The translations under genes were made by a program, and so were the position numbers. A stretch of 64,000 bases of DNA, from the NCBI RefSeq assembly GCF_006345805.1, contig NC_043005.1, positions 68,448,001-68,512,000 on the forward strand, given 5' to 3'. Positions 12,101 to 26,319 of the stretch are shown here, piece by piece. How positions within the stretch are numbered: the first letter of the stretch is position 1; each line of letters begins with the position of its first letter. The notes beneath the pieces were generated by a model. That model was not told the DNA's origin. It was given only the letters and a program-made list of their open reading frames with translations, and did not search any database. This stretch comes from Octopus sinensis. Lineage: Eukaryota.

Positions 12101-12325
12101 TTCCGGTCATTCAAAATGTGACCGCGTGTGTACCGTTGACGATTTTTTCCCTCCGTCTTTCCCCCTTTGGATCCTTCCTTTTCCTATGCTTCGTATGTTT
12201 CTGACGAAGACCTCCGCTCGAAACGTTAAACCCTCCTTCTTTCCTTCTTTCCTGAGCGTCCAATAATACTATACTTGTTCCACGTCCACGCGTTGTTGTG
12301 TTTTCATGTTTGGATTAACTTTATT
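12101..12325 (+). mobile_element. Short Penelope pLTR-like repeat (family B) with minimal hammerhead-like motif at 12197-12231
   Basis: GTTT CTGACGA AGACC TCC GCTC GAAA CG TT AAAC. A second copy lies at 21372-21506 (-). Both are flanked by (TA)n. Confidence 0.65.
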
Positions 12326-12552
12326 TATATATATATATATTATATATATATAATATATATTATATATATAACTATATATATATAAATGCATAGTATGCAT
12401 AAGCAAAATCATATGCGCTCACGCGTACGTACACGCACACACATGTGCGCTTTTTGAGTTCAATAATTTAGATGACTATGTGCAGCTAATTGTTTAGCTT
12501 AATCTGTTTTTGTATACAAATTAGGTATGTCTCTACCTCGCTCTCTTTCTCT

Positions 12553-12605
<53 letters not shown>

Positions 12606-14456
12606 CACATCTATGTTCATATGCATGTGTGTGTGTGTCTCTGTGTATGCATGTCCCTGTTTGAACACAGGTGTAAAACAAAATTGAAAAAACAATACTC
12701 AAATACTGAAGTTGATGTATCATACATTTTGTTAAAGGTGATAATTTTCACTAAGTCTTACTGAGTATTCCACATAAACCGTCATCAAACTGAAGCGAAC
12801 TTTTGGTACGATGCAATGGTCTATAAATGTTTATAAATAGTGCAGGGATTCTTATTCGGCAAGATATCGCATGAAAATTGAAAGCTGATTAGATGGCAGT
12901 TTATGACATTTCATAATGAATCTAATGTGTTTAGTAATACGATTTCAACTTGCAGATGAACACTGTACAACAATGTACAAAATGGTGTAAAAATAATGTT
13001 GAATAAAAAAGAACATAACAATTTAGCATTAGTATAGGGTAATCATTTAGCATTTGCAGGACAGGAAGTACCTAATACAAAATTCATACAAAATTAGTAT
13101 TTAGGAAATATAAATGGAGCATATAAATTCTTTCAAATAAATGGATTAGATAAATGCAAAGAAATACTAAGCGTTTATAGACGCTAACATCATCTAAATT
13201 TTAATATATATATATATATATATAATTTTAAAATGTAGTGATAAAAAAATGTGTGTCGATTACTTCTTTCATACACAATGAATATATAAATAAATCTCTC
13301 AGACGCACAAAGATATAATATGAAATGCATGAAAAATATGAAAATATTAAAAAATGACATAAAAGGAAATACGTTAAAAGATAAAAGAAAGCCGAAAATT
13401 TCTAACAGTCTAAAGTAGGAGCGACAATTTAAAATGGGAGTAATAATGTAAAATTTTTAGAGTCTTTAACAAAAATATATGAATTTCCTATACCATGATC
13501 GATATATGAAGATTGTATAAGGATCAAATGCGACAGTTAAAGCGATTAATAGATCAAAGATGGAACATGAAAGTGTCCAACGTTTCCGTAACTCAAAAAT
13601 AATGTTGATAACAGTACTAATAATTTTCAGTGAAGAGAAATGAATTTTTTTATTGTTATCCATTTAGTGGAAAAGGTCTCGAAATCCAAAAATTTGACGA
13701 ATGTCTACCACAATTCTGCAGTTCGGATTTTCATTCTAAAGCTGATTTGAACCACAAGTATCATTTAATTAACAGCCCTAATAGTTGACATTTCTCAAAA
13801 TGTGATGCGTATATAGGTATAGGTATAGCAAATGCCCCACTCTACAAAACAACGTCTTTGTTTCTTGCTATCAAATTCCGTCCTTATGTAATAAAGGAAG
13901 TGTGGTAACTGAATACAAAATGAATGTAATCAATTCTAATATTGAAAGGAAATATTATAAGGAAAAACTTTTCTTAATGCGGATAAAAATGGAGTAATTA
14001 CGATGGCAGATGTTATCTATCAACATGGTTAAAACAAATAAACGAAACAGCACACTAATATGATTTCTGGAGCTGATTTCTGTAGCTCGCATTACTGCGA
14101 GTTATGTAATACCTCGCTTCAAATTTCATAAAAGTAGTCGTAAATTCCCATGATATACTACTTCCATTCAGCTTCTATACTTGTTCAAAATTAGATTTAC
14201 TAAGCTAAAACCTATATTCACTAGATATGAGAATGGAAAAGCAATAAAAATGTTGGAAACTTCAGACTACGTTGCACCACATTTCACATAAGCTTTGACT
14301 TTAAGAAGGAAATCGTCTTTATTCCTTCCTGTTTTTTTTTTTCATTTTGGTAAATCATTGATGGACTCCTATATATCAATTGTTCATTCTATTTTGCACA
14401 CAAATGGTCTTTCTTTATATTCAGTCAGAAATCCTTGGTTTAATCAAATCATTATA

Positions 14457-15717
14457 CGAGGGACGTTCAATAAGTAATGCCCCTGACCCATTTGCAGTTG
14501 TTTGATCTAGCTGAAAGTTTGCATGTGCAATCATTTATATCTCTATAGAGTAAGTGGCAAATTACAGCTCTGAACTAATTGTGGTTTACAGGTGTTTGAA
14601 CTGAGTCAAGTGTGAAATAGAGCCTGTTGAGTGTCGAGCAGTGATCCGGTTTTTGTATTTGAAAGGACGCATACCACGGGAGACTTTTGATGAAATGAAA
14701 GTAATTTATGACCTTGTAAAACGCTGGATTCGTGAATTCAAACATGGTCGGAACTCTATGGAAACAGCTCCCAGATCTGGTCGCCCCCTTCTGCCATTGA
14801 TGAGGCATATGTCCGTCAAGTTGAGGCTGCCATTTTGGAAGATCGACGCATAATTATTCGCCAAATAGCCCATGAGGTCAAGATTAGTACCGGGTCTGTG
14901 GAAACTATCATTCATGACCATTTGCATATGCAAAAGGTGTCTGCAAGATGGATTTCCAGGTTGCTCACGCCTTTCCAGAAGCAAGAACGCGTCGAGTGCT
15001 CGAGGATGAATTTGGAGATGTGCCAAGAAGATGAGTCAAAATTTTTCAAAAGACTGATTACACAGGATGAAACCTGGGTCCATCACGATGATCCAGAAAC
15101 CAAAGCCTAGTCAATGCAGTGGAAGCACCGTGACTCACCCCCTCCAAAGAAGGCAAGGGTGCAGCCCTCCGCTGGCAAGGTCATGCTCAGTCTTCTGGGA
15201 CCAGGACGGAGTAGTGATGACAGATTTCCTGGCAAAGGGTACCACAATTACAGGAGCCTATTATGCTTCACTTTTGAGGCAATTAAGAGAAGTTATCAAA
15301 ATCAAGAGGCGGGGCAAGATCAGCAAAGGCATCCTCCTCCTGCAGGACAACGCTCCGGTCCACAACTCGCTTGTCGCCAGATCAGAAGCACAGGCGTATG
15401 GCTATGAACTCCTCCCCCATCCCCCTACTCTTCTGACCTTGCACCCTCTGATTTTCACCTCTTCCCAGTCATGAAGTTGTTTTTGAAAGGAAAGCGTTTC
15501 CCAGATGATGCAGCCTTGATTTCTGAAGTCACGTTCATGTTGGAGGACCAAGCTGGGGTCTTCTACAAAAACGGCCTCCAGAGCTGCATCAAACAATGGG
15601 AGAAATACGTAACTCTGGGTGGTTCCTATGTAGAAAAAGACTAATAACTGTGCCAAGTTTCGTTGCTCTACTGCTATGGGAAGTGGGTCAGGGGCATTAC
15701 TTATTGAACGCCCCTCG
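14457..15717 (+). mobile_element. Full-length decayed mariner DNA transposon (irritans-like)
   Basis: 34-bp TIRs CGAGGG(A/G)CGTTCAATAAGTAATGCCCCTGACCCA with 1 mismatch; TA duplication at 14455-56 and 15718-19. Confidence 0.97.
14620..15645 (+). pseudogene. Mariner DD34D transposase, frameshifted and with stop codon
   Basis: Motifs across frames: PRSGRP, KVSARWISRLLT, ITQDETWVHH, SAGKVM-VFWD, LLQDNAPVH, DLAPSDFHLF. In-frame TAG at 15108-15110. Confidence 0.95.
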
Positions 15718-17357
15718 TATCTTGTTTCGTTATCTTCCTTTCATTGTTCTGAATATCCACAGTATATCCTGACATACAGTAAATATCCACAGTATATCCT
15801 AACATACAGTAAATAACAGTTCGTGGAAACTGACAGAAATATAATCCGCCGAGGTTTTGCCTGTACAATTCAATTTTCCATATAAAATTGTTGGCTGTAA
15901 TCCTTGCGTGTATTCAATAAAAAATTGCTTCCACGCCTCTGCAAATTCAAACTGATCATTTTGTTATAAATATGAACTAAAACGACATCATCATGAGTAA
16001 AATCACTGTATTTTGTTGGTAGATCATCATGATTTTAAAAGTAAAATGACGGCGTCAAGTTCAAAAAAAGTTTCAGACAATATCTTTCTGACAAACTTTA
16101 GTATGGCAATATGTTTGTGGCTTCGTATAGACTGATTCGTCTAACTTCCTACTGATGACAGCCATACTTTACAAAGTTTACGCCCGGCTTTTACGTGTGT
16201 TTTTATTAGTGTGTATGTGTGTGTGTGTGTGTATGCGTGTACATAAAGGTGCTTACATTTTATTTAATGCACAAATTGAAAGAAAGAGCGAGAGAGAGAG
16301 GAAAAATTATTGAAAGAGAGGTTACGACATTTCTCAGTAAAAAAATTTCATAGAGACTTGTTCTTGTCATACTGGGGGCAGATCAAAATACGGCGTTGTT
16401 ATACCATATTTCTTATAGTAAATATGTGTTTTCTACTAATACATTCAAGACGAAAAATATCATAATTCGCAGGCGCGCGCACGCACACACACACATACAC
16501 ACAGTCTTACTGTTATCCGTCTCTACGGGTCTCAGTGCCTTATGCTAAACTACGTATACAATGGTTATGTATGTAGGGCCCCAGTGCCTTTACTAGTGCT
16601 TGGTCATAATCTGTATACTATGATCATAATTTGCATACTACGCACACACAGACACGCACACACAGACACGCACACACACATACACACACGCAAATGATAC
16701 GCCCTCCCCCACATGCACACTCATATACTAGGTTGAGGTAAAATTTCGTGCGCCGTGAGTCACCATTGAACATGACATGAACTGAATGAACACACCCACC
16801 ACAAAAATATATAAAGTATATTATTTTAACACGATGCAGGAACTTTTTCCTCAGCCTAATATAAAACCCACCTCGAAAGATGTCATTGCTCCCGAGCCGC
16901 TCGACTGCGCGAAATTGTGCATAACTTATTCATTTAACATTTCAAAAGTTATTTTGAAATTTTGTAAAAGACTTTCTAGCCAAAATATACTGTCCACTTT
17001 CCCAAGACATATAAAATAACTAATAAATGAAAATCGAAGAAGGCTTTAAAAACAAACAAAAGGTGGAAATGAAAGAAAATGAAATATTGATGAATTTTGT
17101 TCACAGAATCGTAAATCTTCAGAGAAATCGTAACTAAAATATATAAAACCGAAGAAATTGTCGGGAAATACAAAAAGCAAAAAAATGTTACGCTTGCTTA
17201 AATGAGGTGTTTCGATCAGCGCAACTATTCTTTGGTGAGCCGCACCACCTTCACCGATATTGTTTTCTTATAAATTTCTGAAAATTGGATAGTTTGTAAT
17301 AAATTTTGCTGAGACTCGTTTTCTTAGTTTCCAATTATTATTATTATTATTATTATT

Positions 17358-17538
17358 ACTTTTTTTTCTTCTTTCAAATTTGCTTCCATTTCTTGCCGAG
17401 TGTCTTCCCGACTCCTAGGGCAAAGAAACTCATAGTATACATTGGTAGGCCATTAAACTAAACTCAATAGTTCGTTCATTTTTTTAAAAGTTAAATTAAA
17501 ATACATGGGTAGTAATAATTCTCACATCGACAATGCTC

Positions 17539-17541
<3 letters not shown>
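17358..17541 (-). mobile_element. 3' end of a probable Dong/R4-like non-LTR element inserted in (TAA)n
   Basis: Flanked on both sides by (TTA)n. Minus strand begins ..R A L S M *, similar to R4/Dong C-termini, then a 3' UTR and an A-rich tail running into (TAA)n. Confidence 0.5.
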
Positions 17542-17589
<48 letters not shown>

Positions 17590-17596
17590 TTATCTC

Positions 17597-17975
17597 CTAT
17601 CTTTTACTTTTTATTGGACTGCGGCCATGCTGGAGCACCACCTTGAAGGGTTTCAGTTGAACAAATCAACCTCAGTACTTATGTTGTTAAGCCTGGTACT
17701 TATTCTATTGGTCTTTCTCTGCCAAATCGTTAAATTACAAGGATGGAAATATGACATCACGGGTTGTCAAGCAGTGGTGGGAGGCAAACACAAGCATAAA
17801 GATAAACACATGGACACAATCATACACAAACATATACCACAGACTTCTTTAAGTTCCCGCCTACTAAATTTACTTACAAAACTGTGATAATCCTGAGGCT
17901 ATTGTAGAAAACACTTGCCCAATATACCACACGATAGGACTGAACATGAAATCATTCGATAGAGAAGCAAGCTTC
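17597..17975 (-). mobile_element. SINE family A, diverged
   Basis: GACTGCGGCCATGCTGGAGCACC..GGTTGTCAAGC..ACACTTGCCCAA..GGACTGAAC. Confidence 0.8.
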
Positions 17976-18110
17976 ACAGAGGGTGAAATTTAGAAAAATA
18001 ATTTGGTTGGAAGTTTCGAAACATTTTTATCTCTTTCCCCACCATTGTTACCACCAATTTTCATAATTTTAGCCTTTCACTTTATACATATAGACTATAT
18101 ACAAACTATA

Positions 18111-18572
<462 letters not shown>

Positions 18573-18967
18573 TATATACATAAAATATCGATATAACAAG
18601 CTATATACTCGAAAATATTTTTCAAAATTTCATTTAGAAATATTCATTCTAAAGAGAATTGCGAACAAAAACTTGTTATGTCGGGAAGTAGGAGAATTAT
18701 GCAAACCTAATATCCAATTTTCTTTCTTTAATGTTATCAACATATTCATAATCTACACGCTCGTAAACTTACCAATAAAAATTTCATTAAAAGAAGATAT
18801 GCATTTTGAGAAAAATTATAAGGAATAAAAATCACCGGAGGAACTATACTGTAATCAATTCAAAATCCGTTCTCGATATTGACATTTGTACTTTTAAATC
18901 ATGTAAGTTCAAGTAAATAAGCAGTTTCAGTTATTTTACAAAATTTGAATATGTAGGTGAATATAAT

Positions 18968-19204
18968 CTCTTATTTCTTTATTGCCCACAAGGGGCTAAA
19001 CATAGAGGGGACGAACTAGGACAGACAGAGAGATTAAGTCGATTACATCGATCCCAGTGCATAACTGGTACTTAATTTATCGACCTCGAAAGGATGAAAG
19101 GCTAAGTCGACCTCGGAGGAATTTGAACTCAGAACGTAACGGCAGACGAAATACAGCTAAGCATTTCGCCCGGCATGCTAAAGATTCTGCCAGCTCACCG
19201 CCTT
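18968..19204 (-). mobile_element. tRNA-derived SINE, family C (Meta/MESC-like core)
   Basis: Minus strand GGCGGTGAGCTGGCAGAA..GAGTTCAAATTCC..GTCGAC..GCCTTTCATCCTTTCGAGGTCGATAAATTAAGTACCAG. Imperfect TSD TAG(G/T)TGAATATAAT. Near-identical copy at 63031-63269. Confidence 0.88.
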
Positions 19205-19302
19205 TAGTTGAATATAATTTCTATAACAAATGAACGACAACAAACATTATCTTTTCATAAAAAAATATTTATGCACATAGTCTTCTGAAGCATATCATCA
19301 AT

Positions 19303-19612
19303 CTTTTATCTTTTACTTGTTTCATTCATTGAACTGTAGCCATGCTGTGGAATCACCTAAAGAAAGAAATACTGGATGTCAAGCGGCAGTGGGAGACAAA
19401 CAGAAACGCCACCAAGACAAACAAACGTGCATATATATGTGTGTGTGTATGTGTGTGTGTACAACGAGGTTCTTTCAGTTTTCCTGTACGATATCCACGC
19501 ACAAGAATCTGGTCTGCCCTGGGTTATAGTAGAAGACACTCAAGGTGCCACGCATTGAGATCGAACCCAGAACCATGTGGCTGGGAAGCGAACGTCTTAC
19601 TACATACACACC
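19303..19612 (-). mobile_element. SINE family A, diverged/deleted
   Basis: TTTTACTTGTTTCA..CTTTCAGTTTCC..GAACCATGTGG. Confidence 0.75.
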
Positions 19613-20582
19613 CCTTTTGTGTCTGGTTACAACTGTTAAAATTGCGCGATAGTCCATTGAAAAAACAAACAAGTAAACAAAGAAAGATTCTTCTAGCTGG
19701 GTAAAGCACAGAATTAGGCCTACTTCTTTAGTACTTCTTTGTTTTGAGACAATGGAAATATTTTTTTCGGAAGAAATTTGTTTTCCTTTACGGTCCAACC
19801 AAAAAACAATGTAAACAGATGAAACCGAGATTGTTCAATCTAAATTACTTGGCGTTCGTATTTTATAAAAATATGGTCTAATTTTTTTTTTTAAAGAACA
19901 TGCACAACGACAGCGAAGTACTGTTAGATATTTCACTCGAAAGTTTAAATGCTAAGGCATTCGAAAGATGGTTGTCCCCTCTGTGTTTAACCCCTTGTGG
20001 GTAGTAAAGAAATAGGTTGGGTATGAACTTCTGTTTAACTACTTTACTTACCTCTTTTTTTTTCTTTCATTTCTTTTCCTTGTGGCTGTCTTCCTCGGAT
20101 AAGCGGGAACTGAATAACAGTGGCTAGTAGTAAAGATAAAGGTTGCTATCATCATCTTTAAGTTGCGCCTGTTAAAAAAAGTTTTCTGTATCTATGGTTA
20201 TTAAGGAAATGCTTAAATATTAAGGCAAAAAAATATTGCCTACATTGGTATCAACACCTGATTTATAAGATGTGGTGAAGCAGATTATCTTCCGGCTTAT
20301 TTTTAATTTATTTTTAATTTTCAATATTACATTTAAAATATTAAGTTTCAAGTTTTTAGCTTTTAACATTCCAAAATAGTTTTATAATGCTATTTTAAAC
20401 TAAATAATTTGCTCTCAGCTTTCACCCTTATTCCATTTATTCCTTTTCTAAGAAAGTGTGCAACCTAATCTTTACTTATTTATTTATTTACTTATTTATT
20501 TTATTCATTCATTCATTCATTTACTTATATGTTTTTGCATTTATATATTACATATTTTATTTCATTATATGATAATGAAATA

Positions 20583-20983
20583 GGCGTAGAAGTGGCTGTG
20601 TGGTAAGCAGCATGCTTACCAACCACATGGTTCCGGGTTCAGTCCCACTGCGTGGCACCTTGGGCAGATGTCTACTATAGCCTCGGGCCGACCAAAGCTT
20701 TGTGAGTGGATTTGGTAGACGGAAACTGAAAGAAGCCCGTCGTACATATATATATATATAATATATATATATATGTGTGTGTGTATATGTTTGTGTGTCT
20801 GTGTTTGTCCCCACCAACATCGCTAGTGTGTTTACCTCCCCGTAACTTAGCGGTTTGGCAAAAGAGACCGATATAATAAGTACTGGGCTTACAAAGAATA
20901 AAGTCCCGGATCGATTTGTTCGACCAAAGGCGGCGCTCCAGCATGGCCACAGTCATATGACTGAAACAAGTAAAAGAGTAAAA
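20583..20983 (+). mobile_element. SINE family A
   Basis: Full copy from GGCGTAGAAGTGGCTGTGTGG to GAAACAAGTAAAAGAGTAAAA. Confidence 0.92.
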
Positions 20984-21371
20984 CGGTAATACATTATGCT
21001 ATGTTTATGCATTAGTTCAATCAAAGCCTAATTGTGGCTTTTGTAAGCATCTCCCAAGCAAGCATGATAAAGTTGTTTCCCTTTGAGGATCTACTTTGGT
21101 ATGGAAAATTTTTCTTGAGTGTTGATTTTGCTTTTGCTTTTCTATTGATGGTACTTAAGGTGAACTGGATTTACAAAAGATGATGACGTGCAACGACCAT
21201 TAAATTGGTCACGCAAAATCTTTAAATCCTGATTGTAAGTTTTCAGAACCGTATCATTTAATAAATGCTCTCCTCCATGCTAAAGTTCTCTGGGTCTGCC
21301 TCTATCGTCGTCGCACGTAGTTTGTCCTACATACATACACACATACACCCCCCACACACACATATATATAT

Positions 21372-21503
21372 GTGCTAAGGAAAGGAAAGAAAGGAGGAAT
21401 TAACGCTTCGAGCGGAGCTCGTCGTCAGAAACATAGGAATAGGAAAGATTCAAGGAAGGGAAGACAGTGGAAAAAAAATCGCCAACGATACACATTCGGT
21501 CAC

Positions 21504-21506
<3 letters not shown>
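21372..21506 (-). mobile_element. Family B repeat with hammerhead-like motif at 21398-21432
   Basis: Minus strand GTTT CTGACGA C GAGC TCC GCTC GAAG CGTT AATT; homologous to 12101-12325; flanked by (TA)n. Confidence 0.65.
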
Positions 21507-21561
<55 letters not shown>

Positions 21562-21625
21562 ATCTCCTTTGTTTGGATGACATCCTTGTTCAGGAATATC
21601 AGCTGTGTACCGATTTCAATGACTA

Positions 21626-21657
<32 letters not shown>

Positions 21658-22249
21658 AGAAAAAGTCAGTAGTTTGCTGAAGAATGAAACGGAGAATAAA
21701 TGATTTTTATGATGGTCGTTTTGATGACAAGTACGTTCAGAAATAGCTTGTTGTTTATTAATTTCAATAAATTGTTGGTTTTAATCTGCTTGACTGATTT
21801 TCGTTTGACATCTGAATGTATTTATGGTGGGTTTTATATGCATTTGTGTATGTAACTGTGTAGTGATTCTTTAAAAAAAAATTCAGTAATTTGTTTTAGT
21901 AACATAAATATCCGCTAGTGACATTGTTTGGTTCATCTGGAAAAATCATTCTTTTATAAAATTTGCAGTGTCTATATAAATAGAGTGCTATGCGTTTAAT
22001 TTAACAGGTAATTTTTTTTGCTTTGTTAAAATGTGGTTTTTTTTTGTCTTTTTCCATTTCCTGTCGGTAGTTTTGATCGTCTCTTGAGCTTTTATAAAAT
22101 AGGAAAATCTTGAATTCTCTATTTCCGCAAACTTCCTAAGATGTTCGTTCAGTCTGTATTCTGTCTACTTTATACTTTTATTAATATATAAATCTGCACA
22201 CTACAGACACTCTATAGATGCACGTGCACACATATACACACAAACATAC

Positions 22250-23100
<851 letters not shown>

Positions 23101-24347
23101 GGTGCAGGCGTGGCTGTATGGTAAGAAGCTTGCTTCCCTCACTACTGTGTGGACGTGTTCCTGTTCGCTGTTGTAGTTACGTCTTTGTATACCAACGTCG
23201 TAAATTATCGAACCACAACTACTAGGTAAGACATTTGTGTTTTGGGGATTCAGTGATGGCTTCTTGCTAGTGTTTATTTATTTTTGCTGAAGATGAAATC
23301 TCCACTGAGTTCCACACATTTATCTGCCTGTGGTTGTATTAAAGTCTCACTTAGCGGTGAGAAGTGTATTGTGGCGGCGTATCCCTTACAAAATTGTGTT
23401 ATTTTTTGTGACTGTTTTGTGCCCTTGCCAGGAGGATTACCAAGCTGGTTAGGAGTACCAGGACAGCCAGAAGAATTTGCTGTGTTTTTTTAAATGTTTC
23501 TCGTCTTCTTCTTTACTTTATTTTGTTTTTTTTTTGTTTTTTAACTTTGAACTTTTGCTTTTTGTGGACTTGTTTTCAAAAATGAATCATGGCAAAGCCG
23601 ATAAATAACACTGCGTTGGAGTGGGAGATTGCCCGCCCAAACATTGGATGAAAGACCTTGAAGAGAGGACGGTGGTGCAGCGAACGTACTCCAAGTTAGT
23701 TGTACGTATCTTTTATATAAAGTAGCTAGTTGAGCAATCGGTCAATAATGCTCAATATTTCATATTCATGCATCTTCAGTAGCGGCGTGTCAGGGGGTTT
23801 AGACTTTGTCAGAACATCGAGTCACAGATGACTGGCGCGACCTTCTCACTCACTTTCGTGGCAATTGTTGCTGAACATGATATTCTGTTCGGTGAATCTA
23901 GACATTTATTCATGCCTAACAACGTTGTCAATGTTCCCACTTCAGAAGGCTCAAGCATTTTTGAGCAGGGCGTTATAAAAGCATGTTATTCTCACTATCG
24001 TGAAAAAGCTTCATAAGATATACGGTATTTGTAAGTTTCAGCTATTTGTTTTGAGTACGTTTTGCTGCTTAGCTTCGTCTAAGCTCACTTTTGGAAACTA
24101 AAATACTATAAGAATAGCTTTCTCTTTAGGATTCCCGTTCTCAGCTCAGCGCACATCCCTGCTGTGGCTTTTGTAGGCTTCAATAAGTCTAGGGTTCTTT
24201 GTTTTCTGCGTTATTCTAATATAATTCTGATTCACCTACGGCACAATTCTAACTACTGTGACCAAAACACATAAATTAAAATGTCAGTGTATGTGTAGAT
24301 GCGTAGACTTGGTTTTACATTGTATTAAACTGCAGGGATTTTCGTCA

Positions 24348-24700
24348 TTTTTACCTCCGCCTTAGCGAAAGTGGAGGTGTTGTTTTCAGTCGTGTTTGTT
24401 TGTTTGTTTGTTTGTCCGTGAACAAGATATCTCAAGAACCACTGAATCGATTCGAGATGCTTGGCCTCGTGACTGGCACGAACTGATTAGATTTTGGGAT
24501 CGATCCGGTACCGGACAAAGATTTTGTATTATTGTTCCTGTTTTTTAAACTTAATTTTTGAGAGCAGTCGGGTTCATTCTCGTTTGTGAGTGCAGTCAAG
24601 TTTATCTCAGATATTCTCATTTTAAAAATCATCTCCGGCTAATCATTGAGAGGACGTTGCTGTTACCTTGGCGGAGGTTTGGGCTCTCTGAATGTTCTTG
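24348..24700 (+). mobile_element. HINE (non-autonomous Helentron, DINE-1-like)
   Basis: 5' TTACCTCCGCC..GGAGGT subterminal IR/palindrome; internal (GTTT)n; 3' CCTTGGCGGAGGT (24666-24678) followed by a short hairpin GGGCTCTCTGAATGTTC; T-rich flanks. Confidence 0.8.
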
Positions 24701-26268
24701 CTTATTATATTTTTTTTCTTATTTGTAGCAATAATTATCTTACCACCCGCATTCACATCAAGTGGCGGGATCAGTTGAGTCGTAGATAATCGTTTGTGGC
24801 TCTACATTATGAGTTCGAATTCAGCAGAGAATAGCCCTCCTGAACCGATAATATAAGTACCTTTCAGTAATTAGATTCATGGTCAGGTGGCCACTAAAAG
24901 GACCAATCACCCAATGCAGTTTAAGTGGATCGGAGTGTTTTTGACACACAAAAGGATACAAAAATCTGTCAAATGTGGCAGAGTTTCTCCTGTAAAAGAC
25001 TAACAGCGAACCAAAGCTGACAAAGCGGTAGATGCAACCAGTTCATCTGCTTCATAAAACAGCACGAACACGAAGCAGAACAGAGCTATCGAATTTGATC
25101 GGTTTGAGTGCGTTGGCTGATGTCCACAAAAAAGAGAAAAGTAGATAAATATTTTGTGTGCACCAGAGCTTACTTGAGATATAGATTTCAAGTTTCAACA
25201 CTGCATTTCGATCTCTTAGCTCTCAATCTTGGAAACGTCTCAGATCACTAGACATATACCAGTAATACAGGTTGATTCAATAGCTTGTACCCGACGTCTT
25301 AATAAAACTGGCATCGTGCCTTATCAAAAGAAAATGTTATTGTTTTTTTTCTTCCTTATTTCTTGTTGTTGATACTGCTTTTATCTGCTTAAGATATAAT
25401 TTCTAAGGCGACCTGTTTTGTAGCCAGATCGGTTTAAAATTACTGCCGTACACAAACAACTGTTTAGAGATTTAGCTATTGATTGCTTTGCTTGTGTTAC
25501 GACTCCGATTCTTTTACGTCTGCGACCGATTGATCAAAGTAGAGTAAAAATCTTAATATCGGATATTGCATTTCTAAAGAGAGAAACGAATCGAAGCTAA
25601 TTTATTTTAGGAATGTTTCAAAAATAATCAATACAAATAAGGAACATAGTAATACAAAAGCAAACAAAAAGAACCCCAGCAAAAAAACACAAAAAGCAAA
25701 TATAATATAAACAAAAACAAAAATGATAAATAAGGTATAGGGCTCTTTGCGCAACTGATAAATTGTTTATTTTTAAAAATTACATTTTCTTTGCTTGTTT
25801 TCCTTTCCGTGGACTGAGGTCTGCTGATGGAGTATTTCTTTATCAAACGATATTTCCTTCTTTCTTTATTTTTTTCGTAGTTTCTGTTTTTCGTTTTCAT
25901 TTCATCAAATCCACTCAATTTCCTCTGATCACAGAACCCGAGAGGATGTTGTATGCACATACAGACCAGACCACATACATACATACATGCATACATACAC
26001 GCACGCACACACACACACAAACACACATACACGCATACAATACACACACACGCATGTACTCCCCACATATACATATACATACACCCACACGCATACACAC
26101 TCGCAGACACATACGTATGTATGCATATATATATATACACACGCATATATGTGTATGTGTGTGTACCTATACATGTACATATATGCGTATATATATATCC
26201 ATATATATATACATGCATACATATATACATACATACATTCATACACACACACACACATACATACATAT

Positions 26269-26319
<51 letters not shown>

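Noticed and set aside
15753-15813. 30-bp local tandem duplication beside the mariner
   Set aside because: Ordinary slippage duplication with no further structure.
16150-16175. Isolated CTGATGA motifs (also ~7622, ~46034, ~56099)
   Set aside because: No stem II, GAAA and closing stem I downstream, so not hammerheads.
16725-17255. Possible TIR element (GGTTGAGGT..GTCACCA / TGGTGAGCC..CCTTCACC)
   Set aside because: The inverted match is too short and gapped to support a call.
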